Sequence record: DRR723986_4151
Direction: 5' to 3' (one strand)
DNA: 64,000 bases
Shown here: one piece after another, positions 19,801 through 28,755 of the stretch
How the letters are laid out: every line of letters begins with the position of its first letter
Position numbering within the stretch: position 1 is the first letter of the stretch
The notes under the pieces: model-generated
Database searches by the model: none
What the model was told of the DNA's origin: nothing
What the model saw: only the letters and a program-made list of their open reading frames with translations
Position numbers and translations under genes: made by a program

Positions 19801-20184
19801 CTGTGTATTGTTAACAAATCGCTTAGCAGTTTCCTTAACTACCGCAAAAGCTTCTGGTAAGATATCATTTAAAACAACTTCAGTTACTTCATAAATCTCA
19901 TCTTCTATTTTATCTACTTCAACATAGATATCTTCACGTTTGTCAATATCCTCAGTAGATTCAGCTTCTAAAAGAAGTTCTTCTTTTTTAGCGTTCAAAG
20001 GCTTTCTTGCTTCTGCGATTTTTGCCTTAAACTCATCTGTTTTTGCTCTAAGTTCATTATGAGACAATGCTTCTAGTGCCGACTCAAATGTTTTTATTTT
20101 TTCTACGATTGGTTTTATAGCACCTACATCTTGTTTGGATTTGTCTCCAACAAATACTTTAAGTACTTTATCTAATATACCCAT
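16828..20184 (-). CDS. secA: Preprotein translocase subunit SecA
   Basis: AEMQTGEGKT, VTVNDYLAKRD, DEVDS, ATNMAGRGTDI, RRVDRQLRGRAGRQGDPG. Confidence 0.98.
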   Translation of the reverse strand: MGILDKVLKVFVGDKSKQDVGAIKPIVEKIKTFESALEALSHNELRAKTDEFKAKIAEARKPLNAKKEELLLEAESTEDIDKREDIYVEVDKIEDEIYEVTEVVLNDILPEAFAVVKETAKRFVNNTQIEVTANPFDREISGENDYVTLDGEKAIWANSWDAAGKSITWDMIHYDVQLIGGIAMHQGKIAEMQTGEGKTLVATLPVYLNALAGKGVHLVTVNDYLAKRDSAWMAPIFQFHGLSVDCIDYHTPNSDARRKAYNADITYGTNNEFGFDYLRDNMAHSPEDLVQRPHHFAIVDEVDSVLVDDARTPLIISGPVPKGDEHEFDALKPKVQQIEDVQRKYLVGVLAEAKKLIAAGDTKEGGFQLLRAYRGIPKNKALIKFLSEEGVKQLLQKTENFYMQDNNREMPKVDAELYYVIDEKNNQVELTDKGVEFLSGEDDPNFFVMPEMGTEIAKIESQGLSSEEEANLKEDLFRDFGVKSERIHTLNQLLKAYALFEKDVQYVVMDNKVMIVDEQTGRIMDGRRYSDGLHQAIEAKENVKIEAATQTFATVTLQNYFRMYRKLSGMTGTAVTEAGEFWEIYKLDVVEIPTNRPIARDDKDDLVYKTKREKYNAVIDEVVELSNAGRPVLIGTTNVEISELLGKMLSIRKIPHNVLNAKQHKREAEIVAEAGNAGQVTIATNMAGRGTDIKLSDEVKAAGGLAIVGTERHDSRRVDRQLRGRAGRQGDPGSSQFYVSLEDNLMRLFGSERIAKMMDRMGLKEGEVIQHSMISKSIERAQKKVEENNFGVRKRLLEYDDVMNAQREVVYKRRRHALHGERLRVDLANMIFDTSEGISETNKDANDFKNFEFELIRYFSMASTITQDEFAKMSAQEIAGTIYKEAFKHYREKMQRAADLAFPVIENVYNTQRDKFKRIVVPFTDGVKNLQVVTDLEKAYESKGKQLINDFEKNITLAIVDDAWKTHLRKMDELKQSVQLAVHEQKDPLLIYKFEAFELFKGMIDQVNKDVISFLFKGEIPRETADTIQEAKRRKQEKLETQKEEIPNMDERAAQSRAAGQGASRQQQVVETIVREQPKIGRNDRVTIKHVMSGESKVVKYKQAIPLIDKGEWVLVND

Positions 20185-20293
20185 GTTCTATATATTGTAT
20201 CAGATTAAAAAAGGTTAATCTGTGTATTAATCTCAGTAAAATTGTAGCTTTTAACAAAGCTATTATGTGCTCCAAATACGAGCATTCGAAAAT

Positions 20294-20335
20294 AAAAAAA
20301 GTCTCTCAGTTAAGATAACGCAAGAGACTTTTTTT
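20294..20335 (-). terminator. Intrinsic terminator after the DUF2795 gene
   Basis: AAAAAAAGTCTCT...AGAGACTTTTTTT inverted repeat. Confidence 0.75.
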
Positions 20336-20351
20336 GTGATAATATTATATG

Positions 20352-20573
20352 TTAATATTCATCCTCATTCCAGAGGTAATCTTCATCGGTTGGATAGTCT
20401 GGCCAAATTTCTTCAATAGAGTCATAAGAATCACCTTCATCTTCTATTGCTTGTAAATTTTCAACAACCTCTAAAGGTGCGCCTGTTCTAATTGCATAAT
20501 CAATAAGCTCATCTTTTGTTGCTGGCCAAGGTGCATCACTTAAATACGATGCTAATTCTAATGTCCAATACAT
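20352..20573 (-). CDS. DUF2795 domain protein
   Basis: MYWTLELASYLSDAPWPATKDELIDYAIRTGAP, characteristic small Bacteroidota protein. Confidence 0.92.
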   Translation of the reverse strand: MYWTLELASYLSDAPWPATKDELIDYAIRTGAPLEVVENLQAIEDEGDSYDSIEEIWPDYPTDEDYLWNEDEY

Positions 20574-20728
20574 TTGCGTTGTAATTTTAATTTTTGCAAA
20601 AATAATTTTTTAGTTGAATAATTCAAGAAAAAATCAAATTAATTATTCAATAATAAAAAGAACGTATAATCTTCAACTTTTTAGACTAAAGTATTGCATT
20701 ACAATAATCTAATAGCATCTGAGGCTAT

Positions 20729-21304
20729 TTACGATTCTTTTTGAGGAATCCATTTAATCTCTTCTGCCTGTAACTCTTGTGACAACTTCCGTGCCAATAC
20801 AAAAAGATAGTCAGATAGTCTATTAATGTACATTAAAGTTTCAGGTTGAAATGGTTCTAAATCATTGAGATGCGAGGCCAAACGCTCAGCTCTTCGGCAC
20901 ACTGTACGGGCTATGTGACAGAATGACACGGTTTGATGACCACCTGGTAGAACAAAATGAGTCATTGGAGGTAAACTTTCCTCCATATTATCCATTTCTT
21001 TTTCTAATCGCTCTATATCTTGATTTGAAATTTTAGGAATATTTAATCTGGCTTTACCGCTTTTTAAAGTTGCTTTTTCAGGATCAGTAGCTAAAATTGC
21101 TCCTACTGTAAATAAACGATCTTGAATGTGCATCAAAGTGTTTTTGTGTAATTGATCTATATCCTGATCTCTAATAAGGCCAATATGAGAATTTAACTCA
21201 TCTATAGTACCATAACTTTCTATTCTTATATGATGCTTAGGAACACGCGTTCCACCAAATAGTGCTGTAGTGCCTTTATCACCTGTTTTTGTGTATACTT
21301 TCAT
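20729..21304 (-). CDS. ATP:cob(I)alamin adenosyltransferase (PduO type)
   Basis: KVYTKTGDKGTT, YGTIDELNS, RTVCRRAER, NRLSDYLF. Confidence 0.95.
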   Translation of the reverse strand: MKVYTKTGDKGTTALFGGTRVPKHHIRIESYGTIDELNSHIGLIRDQDIDQLHKNTLMHIQDRLFTVGAILATDPEKATLKSGKARLNIPKISNQDIERLEKEMDNMEESLPPMTHFVLPGGHQTVSFCHIARTVCRRAERLASHLNDLEPFQPETLMYINRLSDYLFVLARKLSQELQAEEIKWIPQKES

Positions 21305-21358
21305 AAGCGCAAAGATACGTCTTATGCGTCAAAATCTAAAAGAGAGATTCTTGGTAAA

Positions 21359-22048
21359 TTAGTTTTGGTAAGTGTCTGTTTCGATCATACCATCTAGCAA
21401 TCGAATTACACGCTTGGCATGTGCAGCAACATCCTCCTCATGAGTTACCATAATCACTGTATTTCCTTTTGCATGAATTTCATCGAATAACTGCATAATC
21501 TCTAAAGATGTTTTAGAATCTAAATTACCCGTTGGCTCATCTGCCAAAATAATAGAAGGCTTATTTACAAGGGCCCTGCCTACAGCAACACGTTGTCTTT
21601 GACCACCAGAAAGCTGATTAGGCTTATGATCCATACGATCTGCCAGACCAACATCTGTAAGCACCTCTGAGGCTCGTGTTTGTCTTTCTTTGTTAGATGC
21701 TCCAGCATAGATCATAGGTAAAGCAACGTTTTCAAGAGCTGTTGTTCTAGGAAGTAAGTTAAAGGTTTGAAAGACAAATCCGATTTCAGTATTGCGTATA
21801 TCGGCCAACTCATCATCAGTCATTTGGCTAACATCTTTACCATTTAATACATAATTACCAGCGGTTGGAGTATCCAAACAACCTAGTATATTCATTAAGG
21901 TGGATTTACCAGATCCAGAAGGACCCATTATAGCAACATATTCTCCACGTTTAATATCTAAATCTATACCTTTTAAAACATGTACAGTTTCTGTTCCTAA
22001 TTTAAAATCTCTAATGATTTGTCTAATCTTTATGACGTTTTCACTCAT
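21359..22048 (-). CDS. ABC transporter ATP-binding protein (LolD/MacB-like)
   Basis: [32 protein letters not shown] 22048 preferred as start. Confidence 0.92.
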   Translation of the reverse strand: MSENVIKIRQIIRDFKLGTETVHVLKGIDLDIKRGEYVAIMGPSGSGKSTLMNILGCLDTPTAGNYVLNGKDVSQMTDDELADIRNTEIGFVFQTFNLLPRTTALENVALPMIYAGASNKERQTRASEVLTDVGLADRMDHKPNQLSGGQRQRVAVGRALVNKPSIILADEPTGNLDSKTSLEIMQLFDEIHAKGNTVIMVTHEEDVAAHAKRVIRLLDGMIETDTYQN

Positions 22049-22129
22049 AATAAACTTTGCTGTTGGTTGAAAAACTTCCTGCAAGATACAGGATTTTACA
22101 GTTAATAAGACGTTAAAGTTGGTTGGTTG

Positions 22130-22900
22130 TTACACTCTAATCTTAAAATGTTCTTTTACTTGTTCTTTTCTAAAAAACACGAATCCTAAATAGTAACAAT
22201 CTACTGTAATAGTTACAGCATTATGAGCTTTTATGTATTCCCATGCTTCAGTCATTCCTCTAGACCAATATATGTCATCAAGAATAAATACACTTTCATT
22301 ATGAGCTTTTGATAATAAGATTTCAAAATATTGAATTGTAGCCGCTTTGTTATGATGACCATCAAAGAATATTAGGTCGAAATTATTATTCTGTAATGAA
22401 GGTATAATTGAAGTGAAATCGCCTTTAATAAAAATGGTGTTTTTTACTTTAAGTGCGTTAAATCTTTCGTTTGCATAGTCTGATGTATTAGGACATCCTT
22501 CAATGGTTGTAATATTTATATCATCACTGGCAATGGCTAATGCGTATGTTCCCATGCCTAAAGATGTTCCTAGTTCTAATGTTGATTGTATTTTAAAATA
22601 ATTTACCAATCTGTAAAGCAATCTAGATTCTTTTTTTGAACTGCTTGAAGTTTGTATCATTTTACGCACACTTCTTTTTTTAGAACCTAAAATTTTAGAT
22701 CCTTCACCTAGATCTGTGATCTGAATAATTGTATCGGAAGTTTTTAAATAAGTGCGATAACTATCAAGTTTATTATAGGCGGCGTATTTCTTTTTATCAT
22801 ATAAGCACTTTGTTACAAAATCATAGATAAATGGCGAATGCACTCCGTGCTGGTTTTTTGAGTGTATTAAAAATTTTATGTATGCTAGTATTTGATACAT
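22130..22900 (-). CDS. Class I SAM-dependent methyltransferase
   Basis: HGVHSPF, LELGTSLG, FFDGHH, DDIYWS. Confidence 0.88.
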   Translation of the reverse strand: MYQILAYIKFLIHSKNQHGVHSPFIYDFVTKCLYDKKKYAAYNKLDSYRTYLKTSDTIIQITDLGEGSKILGSKKRSVRKMIQTSSSSKKESRLLYRLVNYFKIQSTLELGTSLGMGTYALAIASDDINITTIEGCPNTSDYANERFNALKVKNTIFIKGDFTSIIPSLQNNNFDLIFFDGHHNKAATIQYFEILLSKAHNESVFILDDIYWSRGMTEAWEYIKAHNAVTITVDCYYLGFVFFRKEQVKEHFKIRV

Positions 22901-22901
22901 A

Positions 22902-24764
22902 CTAGCCTTCTAATTTTTCAGATAATTCAAACCATCGTAATTCTTTTTCTTCAATCGAATCAATTATTACTTGAAGTTTTTTAGAAAGTTTATTAATATC
23001 ATCCTGCGACAATTCTGGATTATTAAATTGGGTTTCTAAAGCTGTTTTATCGAGTTCTAAAGCGCGAATTTTTAACTCTAAATTCTTATATTCCTTTTGC
23101 TCGTTATAAGATAATTTGTTGGCTTCGTTTTGCTTAATCGCTTTACTGTTATCTGTTTTATCATTTTGCTGAAGTTTTTTAGGTTGACTACTATCATAAG
23201 CTCTAAAATCTGAATAGTTGCCAGGAAAGTCATCAATAATACCATCGCCTCTAAATACAAATAAATGGTCTACTATTTTATCCATAAAATAGCGGTCGTG
23301 TGAAACCACAAGTAGAACACCAGGAAAATCCATTAAGAAACTCTCTAATACATTTAGTGTTACAATATCCAAATCGTTTGTAGGCTCATCTAAAATAAGG
23401 ACATTTGGGTTTTGAATTAAAACTGTACACAAATACAATCGTTTTTGTTCACCACCACTTAATTTCTCAACAAAATCGTATTGTTTTTTTCTATCAAAAA
23501 GAAAACGTTCTAATAGTTGTTGTGCACTAATTTGGCGTCCTTTAGCTAAGGGAATAAAATCCCCATAAGCACGGATTACATCAATAACCTTTTGTTCTGG
23601 TTTTACTGCAATGCCACCTTGTGTATAATACCCGATTTTTACGGTTTCTCCTGTAACAATTTTACCGACATCTGGTTGCAAACTGCCTGTTAACAGATTT
23701 AAAAATGTGGATTTACCAGTTCCATTTTTACCAATTATGCCAATTCGTTCACCTTTCTTAAACGTGTAATCAAAACCATCAAGGATTGTCTTATCCTTAA
23801 AAGCCTTGGTGACATTATGAAACTCTATAATCTTGCTACCAAGGCGTTCCATATTAATTTCTAGCTGTATTTGATGATCTTTACGTCTTTGATGTGCTTT
23901 TTTCTTTATTTCAAAAAAGTCATCTATTCGACTTTTAGATTTTGTAGTACGAGCTTTTGGCTGACGACGCATCCAATCCAATTCTTTTTTAAAAAGTTGT
24001 TTGGCTTTGCCAACTTCAATAGCTTGGTTTTCAATACGAGCTTCTTTCTTTTCTAAATAATACGAATAGTTACCCTTGTAAGTGTATAATTGGCCGTGGT
24101 CTAGTTCTATTATTTCATTACAAACACGTTCTAAAAAATAACGGTCGTGCGTTACCATGAAGAGTGTTTGCTGGGTTTTGGCAAAGTAATCTTCTAACCA
24201 TTCAATCATTTCTAAGTCTAAATGGTTAGTTGGCTCATCTAATATGAGAATATCTGGTTTACTTAGCAAGGCTTGAGCTAAAGCCAATCTCTTTTTTTGA
24301 CCTCCAGAAAGTGTACTAACTTTAGTGCTGAGATTCTCTAATTTCAACTGGGATAGTGTTTGTTGGTATTGGGTTTCAAATTCCCAGGCATTATTTCTAT
24401 CCATAGCCTCAAATGCCACTTGGTATCCTTCGGTGTCTTCTGGATTATTGAGAGCAATTTCGTAGGCTTCAATCGTTTTAAGAATAGGAATGTCTGAGGC
24501 GAAAATGGTTTCTTCGATAGTTAGATTTGAATCTAAATCTGGTTCTTGATCTAGGAATGCTAAACGTAATCCTTTTCTAATTACTATTTGACCTTCGTCT
24601 GGCGAATCTTTTCCTGATAAAATATTTAAAATAGAAGTCTTACCACTACCATTTTTAGCAACAAACGCAATCTTTTGATCTTTATGAATACTAAAGGATA
24701 AATCTTGGAAAAGCACCAGCTCACCAAATGACTTAGAAATATTTTCTACATTGAGATAATTCAA
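22902..24764 (-). CDS. ABC-F family ATPase (Uup-like)
   Basis: Two ABC domains without TM segments; LDEPTNHLD, PKARTTKSKSR linker, C-terminal coiled coil. Confidence 0.93.
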   Translation of the reverse strand: MNYLNVENISKSFGELVLFQDLSFSIHKDQKIAFVAKNGSGKTSILNILSGKDSPDEGQIVIRKGLRLAFLDQEPDLDSNLTIEETIFASDIPILKTIEAYEIALNNPEDTEGYQVAFEAMDRNNAWEFETQYQQTLSQLKLENLSTKVSTLSGGQKKRLALAQALLSKPDILILDEPTNHLDLEMIEWLEDYFAKTQQTLFMVTHDRYFLERVCNEIIELDHGQLYTYKGNYSYYLEKKEARIENQAIEVGKAKQLFKKELDWMRRQPKARTTKSKSRIDDFFEIKKKAHQRRKDHQIQLEINMERLGSKIIEFHNVTKAFKDKTILDGFDYTFKKGERIGIIGKNGTGKSTFLNLLTGSLQPDVGKIVTGETVKIGYYTQGGIAVKPEQKVIDVIRAYGDFIPLAKGRQISAQQLLERFLFDRKKQYDFVEKLSGGEQKRLYLCTVLIQNPNVLILDEPTNDLDIVTLNVLESFLMDFPGVLLVVSHDRYFMDKIVDHLFVFRGDGIIDDFPGNYSDFRAYDSSQPKKLQQNDKTDNSKAIKQNEANKLSYNEQKEYKNLELKIRALELDKTALETQFNNPELSQDDINKLSKKLQVIIDSIEEKELRWFELSEKLEG

Positions 24765-24814
24765 ACTAAATTTTTTACAAAGAACGTAAATAAACCAAAA
24801 ACAATAGTAATAGT

Positions 24815-24844
24815 TTTGTTATTACTGTTGATACATTATATTTG
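24815..24844 (+). promoter_or_regulatory. Primary-sigma promoter of the polysaccharide locus
   Basis: TTTG (24815-24818) - 18 nt - TATATTTG (24837-24844). Confidence 0.65.
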
Positions 24845-24868
24845 TCTGTAAACATCATTATTAGGTCT

Positions 24869-25675
24869 ATGAAGCTCTTAAAGCCTTTAATTATTATTGT
24901 TTGTGTCATTAATTTATCTTCTTGTATTCCACATAAAGACACCATTTATTTACAGAATAAGGAAAATTCGATGTATGATACTATACCCAATAACATATCT
25001 GAATTACAGAAGCCATATCGCGTACAAATAAATGATATTTTAAATATTAAAGTAAAAGCAGCTCGTCAGGAAACAGTACAAATTTTGAATCCATCAGGAG
25101 ATGCAAATTTGAATGCAGATAGTGCTGAACGTGCTTATTTTGATGGTTTTACTGTAGATATACATGGTAATATAAGAGTTCCTACCTTAGGTAAGATTAA
25201 TGTGCTTGGTTATACTACAGAAGAAATAGAGAAAGAAATAGAGCGTAAATTGTTAGAGACCCAGTTTAAAGAAAGTGCTAATATTTTTGTAACCGTCAAA
25301 TTAGCTGGACTAAGATATACTGCAAATGGCGAAGTAGGAAGGCCAGGAAGTAATGTTCTATTTACAGATAGGGTTAATATTTTTGAAGCCATTGCTAATG
25401 TTGGTGAAATACCTGTTACAGGAAATAAAAAGGATTTGCTAATTATAAGACAATATCCACAGGGTCAAAAAATTCATCATTTAGATTTAACAGATATCAA
25501 CGTAATGAAGTCTCCCTATTATTATATACAACCAAATGATATCATATACGTTAAACCTCTTAAACAAAAATCTATTGGAACAGGTGAAACAGCAGTATCT
25601 AGTTTAACAACGATTGCCACTATTTTGTCATTAATAACATCAACTGTTCTTATTTACACAAGAGTTAATCAATAA
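24869..25675 (+). CDS. wza: Polysaccharide export lipoprotein
   Basis: Lipobox LSSC, YRVQINDIL, GNIRVPTLG, GEVGRPG, YYIQPND; ATG 24869 preferred. Confidence 0.9.
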   Translation: MKLLKPLIIIVCVINLSSCIPHKDTIYLQNKENSMYDTIPNNISELQKPYRVQINDILNIKVKAARQETVQILNPSGDANLNADSAERAYFDGFTVDIHGNIRVPTLGKINVLGYTTEEIEKEIERKLLETQFKESANIFVTVKLAGLRYTANGEVGRPGSNVLFTDRVNIFEAIANVGEIPVTGNKKDLLIIRQYPQGQKIHHLDLTDINVMKSPYYYIQPNDIIYVKPLKQKSIGTGETAVSSLTTIATILSLITSTVLIYTRVNQ

Positions 25676-28149
25676 TGGATCAAAATTTCGTAGACATAGA
25701 TAATAAAGAAGTTCAATCGATTGGATTTGATTTCAAAGGCTTTTTATTCAAAGCATTAAATCTATGGAAATCTATTCTATTGTGCATTATTGTTGCTCTA
25801 GTAATAGCGTATTTAATAAATATTCGTAAACAAAATATATATAGATTAGATTCATTAATCACAGTAGAAAGTGATCAGAATCCTTTTTTTACTGCCAATA
25901 CAAGCATATCTTTTAATTGGGGAGGGGTTTCAGGTAAGGTAGGCAAAGTAATGACATCTATAAAAACTCGTTCTCACAATGAGTTGGTAATTGATAGTCT
26001 ACAGTATTTTATACAATATCTTGAAGAAGGTAAGTATAGGAAAATAGATATATATAGAGAATCTCCATTTAAATTTCAATTAAATACTAATAAACCACAA
26101 GTATTAAATTACCCGGTTAGAGTTATTTATAAAAACGATCAAGAATTTGAAATATTTACCAATTTTGAATCAACATCTAAAAATGCACAAAAATATGACG
26201 ATAAATCTTATGTAAATGTTTCAGTACCACAAGGAGAATTTCGTAAAACTATAAAGTTTGGTGAACCTTTTGAACTATCGTTTATGTCGGGTGTCATCCA
26301 CCTCAAGCCTAATAGAGCTTTTATTTCAGATGATCAATATTTTATAAAGTTTTTACGGTTTGATAATGTGGTTAGTGCTTATCAAAACAATATTAAAATT
26401 GAGACCTTTAATGCCTCTGCCTCGTCAGTATTAAAACTGTCATTATTAGGTAATAATAAAAATAAAATAGCCGACTTTCTTAACGCGACGACGTCTATAT
26501 TAAGTAGAACAGAACTTGAACGTAAAAATCTTTACGCAACGAATACTATAAAATTTATTGATAGTAGCTTAGGTGCTGTAGATAAGGACTTAAAGGCTGT
26601 TACAGATCGTATGAATACGTTTAGAAAGCAGAATAAAGTTTTTGATTTAGATGATGAAATGATTCAGTTGTCTGAAAAGTTAAAAGTTTTTGAAAAACAA
26701 AAGGAAGAGGCAAAATCAAAGCTTACTTATTTAAATACACTCGAAAACTATTTATTAACAAAAACAGATTATACCAAAATCGCAGCTCCTACATCAGTTG
26801 GGATTAATGAGATGAATATTCTTTCTAGTGTATCTAAAATAACAAACCTTTCTATTGAGCGTCAAAACTTAGAAAATTCTACGAAAGAAGGGTCAGTATT
26901 ACTTACCGAAATAGATAGTAGAATAGATGCTGAGAAAAATGTATTACTAGAAACGGCTAGAGCAACTAAGGAGACTATTAATTATCAATTAAATGCCATA
27001 AATAAAAATGCGGCTGTAATAGAGGCCAAGCTAAATGAACTGCCTGAAGATCAGCAAGAATATTTAAAAATACAGCGAGAGTTTGATATTAGCCAAGAAG
27101 CATATAATATTTACATGACAAAGAGAGGTGAAGCAGCCATCGTTAAGGCCGCAAATGTGTCTGATATTACAGTAATTGATGAAGCTAAAGATATTGGTAA
27201 TGCACCTGTAGGACCAAGGAAATCTCTCAATTATATGTTGGCATTAATTGCAGGGTTTTTTACACCGATGTTTTTAATTTTTATCATTTTTTTACTTGAT
27301 AATACAATTCATGGGTCTGACGAAGTTTTAAAACTGTCTAATATTCCTATCCTTGGCTTAATTGGTAAGTATAAATACAAGAATAATCTAGTGGTTTATG
27401 AAAAACCTAAATCTGCCGTAGCTGAATCTTTTAGAGCGATACGATCGAGTTTACAATTTTTGTTTAAACAGAATCCATCAACAACAAGAGCTAATACCTT
27501 AATGATCACTTCGTCGGTCAGTGGAGAAGGTAAAACATTTACATCCATAAATATTGCAACTGTATATGCACTATCAGATAAGAAAACCATTTTGGTTGGT
27601 TTAGATCTTAGAAAGCCTAAAATATTTGATGATTTTAATATAACAAATGAAAAAGGTGCTGTTAATTATTTAATAGGCGATAGTACTTTAGAAGAAATAA
27701 CTACTAATACTCATATTGAGAATTTAGATTTAATTACTTCAGGTCCAATACCACCAAATCCATCAGAACTATTGATGAGTAATAAACTTAAAGAGCTAAT
27801 TAGTACTCTAAAGGATAATTATGATATGATTATTTTAGACACTCCGCCTTTAGGATTAGTAACTGATGCGTTAGAACTAGTTCAATATGCAGATACGTCT
27901 ATATTTATGGTTAGACTTGATTACACTAAGAAAGGAATGTTACAGTTGGTCAATGCTAAGTATAGAACTGGAGAATTAAAAAATTTAAGCTTTGTACTTA
28001 ATTTTTATAGACATAAGAGCAATCACAATTATGGTTATGGCTACGGTTACGGTTATGGTTACGGCTATGGTGTATATGGTAATGCATACCACGAAAAGGA
28101 TGCCCAGTCGTTTTTAGGTCGTATAAAAAGCTTTTTTCGTAGATCTTAA
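25675..28149 (+). CDS. wzc: Polysaccharide co-polymerase / BY tyrosine kinase
   Basis: Two TMs; SSVSGEGKT, DLRKP, ILDTPP; C-terminal YGYGYGYGYGYGYG tyrosine cluster. Confidence 0.95.
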   Translation: MDQNFVDIDNKEVQSIGFDFKGFLFKALNLWKSILLCIIVALVIAYLINIRKQNIYRLDSLITVESDQNPFFTANTSISFNWGGVSGKVGKVMTSIKTRSHNELVIDSLQYFIQYLEEGKYRKIDIYRESPFKFQLNTNKPQVLNYPVRVIYKNDQEFEIFTNFESTSKNAQKYDDKSYVNVSVPQGEFRKTIKFGEPFELSFMSGVIHLKPNRAFISDDQYFIKFLRFDNVVSAYQNNIKIETFNASASSVLKLSLLGNNKNKIADFLNATTSILSRTELERKNLYATNTIKFIDSSLGAVDKDLKAVTDRMNTFRKQNKVFDLDDEMIQLSEKLKVFEKQKEEAKSKLTYLNTLENYLLTKTDYTKIAAPTSVGINEMNILSSVSKITNLSIERQNLENSTKEGSVLLTEIDSRIDAEKNVLLETARATKETINYQLNAINKNAAVIEAKLNELPEDQQEYLKIQREFDISQEAYNIYMTKRGEAAIVKAANVSDITVIDEAKDIGNAPVGPRKSLNYMLALIAGFFTPMFLIFIIFLLDNTIHGSDEVLKLSNIPILGLIGKYKYKNNLVVYEKPKSAVAESFRAIRSSLQFLFKQNPSTTRANTLMITSSVSGEGKTFTSINIATVYALSDKKTILVGLDLRKPKIFDDFNITNEKGAVNYLIGDSTLEEITTNTHIENLDLITSGPIPPNPSELLMSNKLKELISTLKDNYDMIILDTPPLGLVTDALELVQYADTSIFMVRLDYTKKGMLQLVNAKYRTGELKNLSFVLNFYRHKSNHNYGYGYGYGYGYGYGVYGNAYHEKDAQSFLGRIKSFFRRS
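28030..28080 (+). repeat. TAYGGY hexamer repeat encoding the Wzc Tyr-Gly cluster
   Basis: tatggttatggctacggttacggttatggttacggctatggt. Confidence 0.85.
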
Positions 28150-28164
28150 CTAAAATAAATACTA

Positions 28165-28755
28165 TTGATTTCTAAGGCACAATTAAGAACCAAACGAATA
28201 TTCGATTTTACTTTTGCCTTGTTTTTATTACCTTTTTTAATAATTCCCATTGTATTATTTATAATTGTTGCAACAATTGATACTCGTAAATTTGGGGTGT
28301 TTTCTCAGTTGCGTGTTGGTCAGCAAGCTGAGCTTTTTAAAATATATAAAATTCGTACACTGAGAGAAGAAGAGCATATCCTTGGTCATTTAGATAAGAG
28401 TGCAACTACAATTGGTAAGTTTTTTAGACGATCGAAGTTAGATGAATTGCCTCAATTATTCAATGTCCTTATTGGAGATATGAGTTTTGTAGGCCCACGA
28501 CCAGATGTTCAAGGTTTTGCAGATGAGTTAAAAGGGGATGATAGAAAAATATTAATTGTAAAACCAGGTATAACAGGACCTGCAACTTTAAAATATAAGG
28601 ATGAAGAACGTGTTTTAGAACGTCAAAAAGATCCAGACTACTACAATAGAACGATTATTTGGGTAGATAAAGTGAAAATCAATAAAAAGTATGTTGAGAA
28701 TTACAGTTTTTACTTAGATTTGAGCTTCATTTTAAAATCTACTTTAAACAAATGA
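28165..28755 (+). CDS. Small monotopic phosphoglycosyl transferase (PglC-like)
   Basis: KRIFD, KLDELPQLFNV, GDMSFVGPRP, KPGITG. Confidence 0.92.
   Translation: MISKAQLRTKRIFDFTFALFLLPFLIIPIVLFIIVATIDTRKFGVFSQLRVGQQAELFKIYKIRTLREEEHILGHLDKSATTIGKFFRRSKLDELPQLFNVLIGDMSFVGPRPDVQGFADELKGDDRKILIVKPGITGPATLKYKDEERVLERQKDPDYYNRTIIWVDKVKINKKYVENYSFYLDLSFILKSTLNK

Noticed and set aside
11716-21304. meaB and cobalamin adenosyltransferase as a novel B12 cluster
   Set aside because: About 8 kb apart with unrelated genes between; ordinary methylmalonyl-CoA mutase accessory functions; no cobalamin riboswitch seen
28030-28080. Hexamer tandem repeat as a contingency locus
   Set aside because: Degenerate at third positions and encodes the normal Wzc tyrosine cluster
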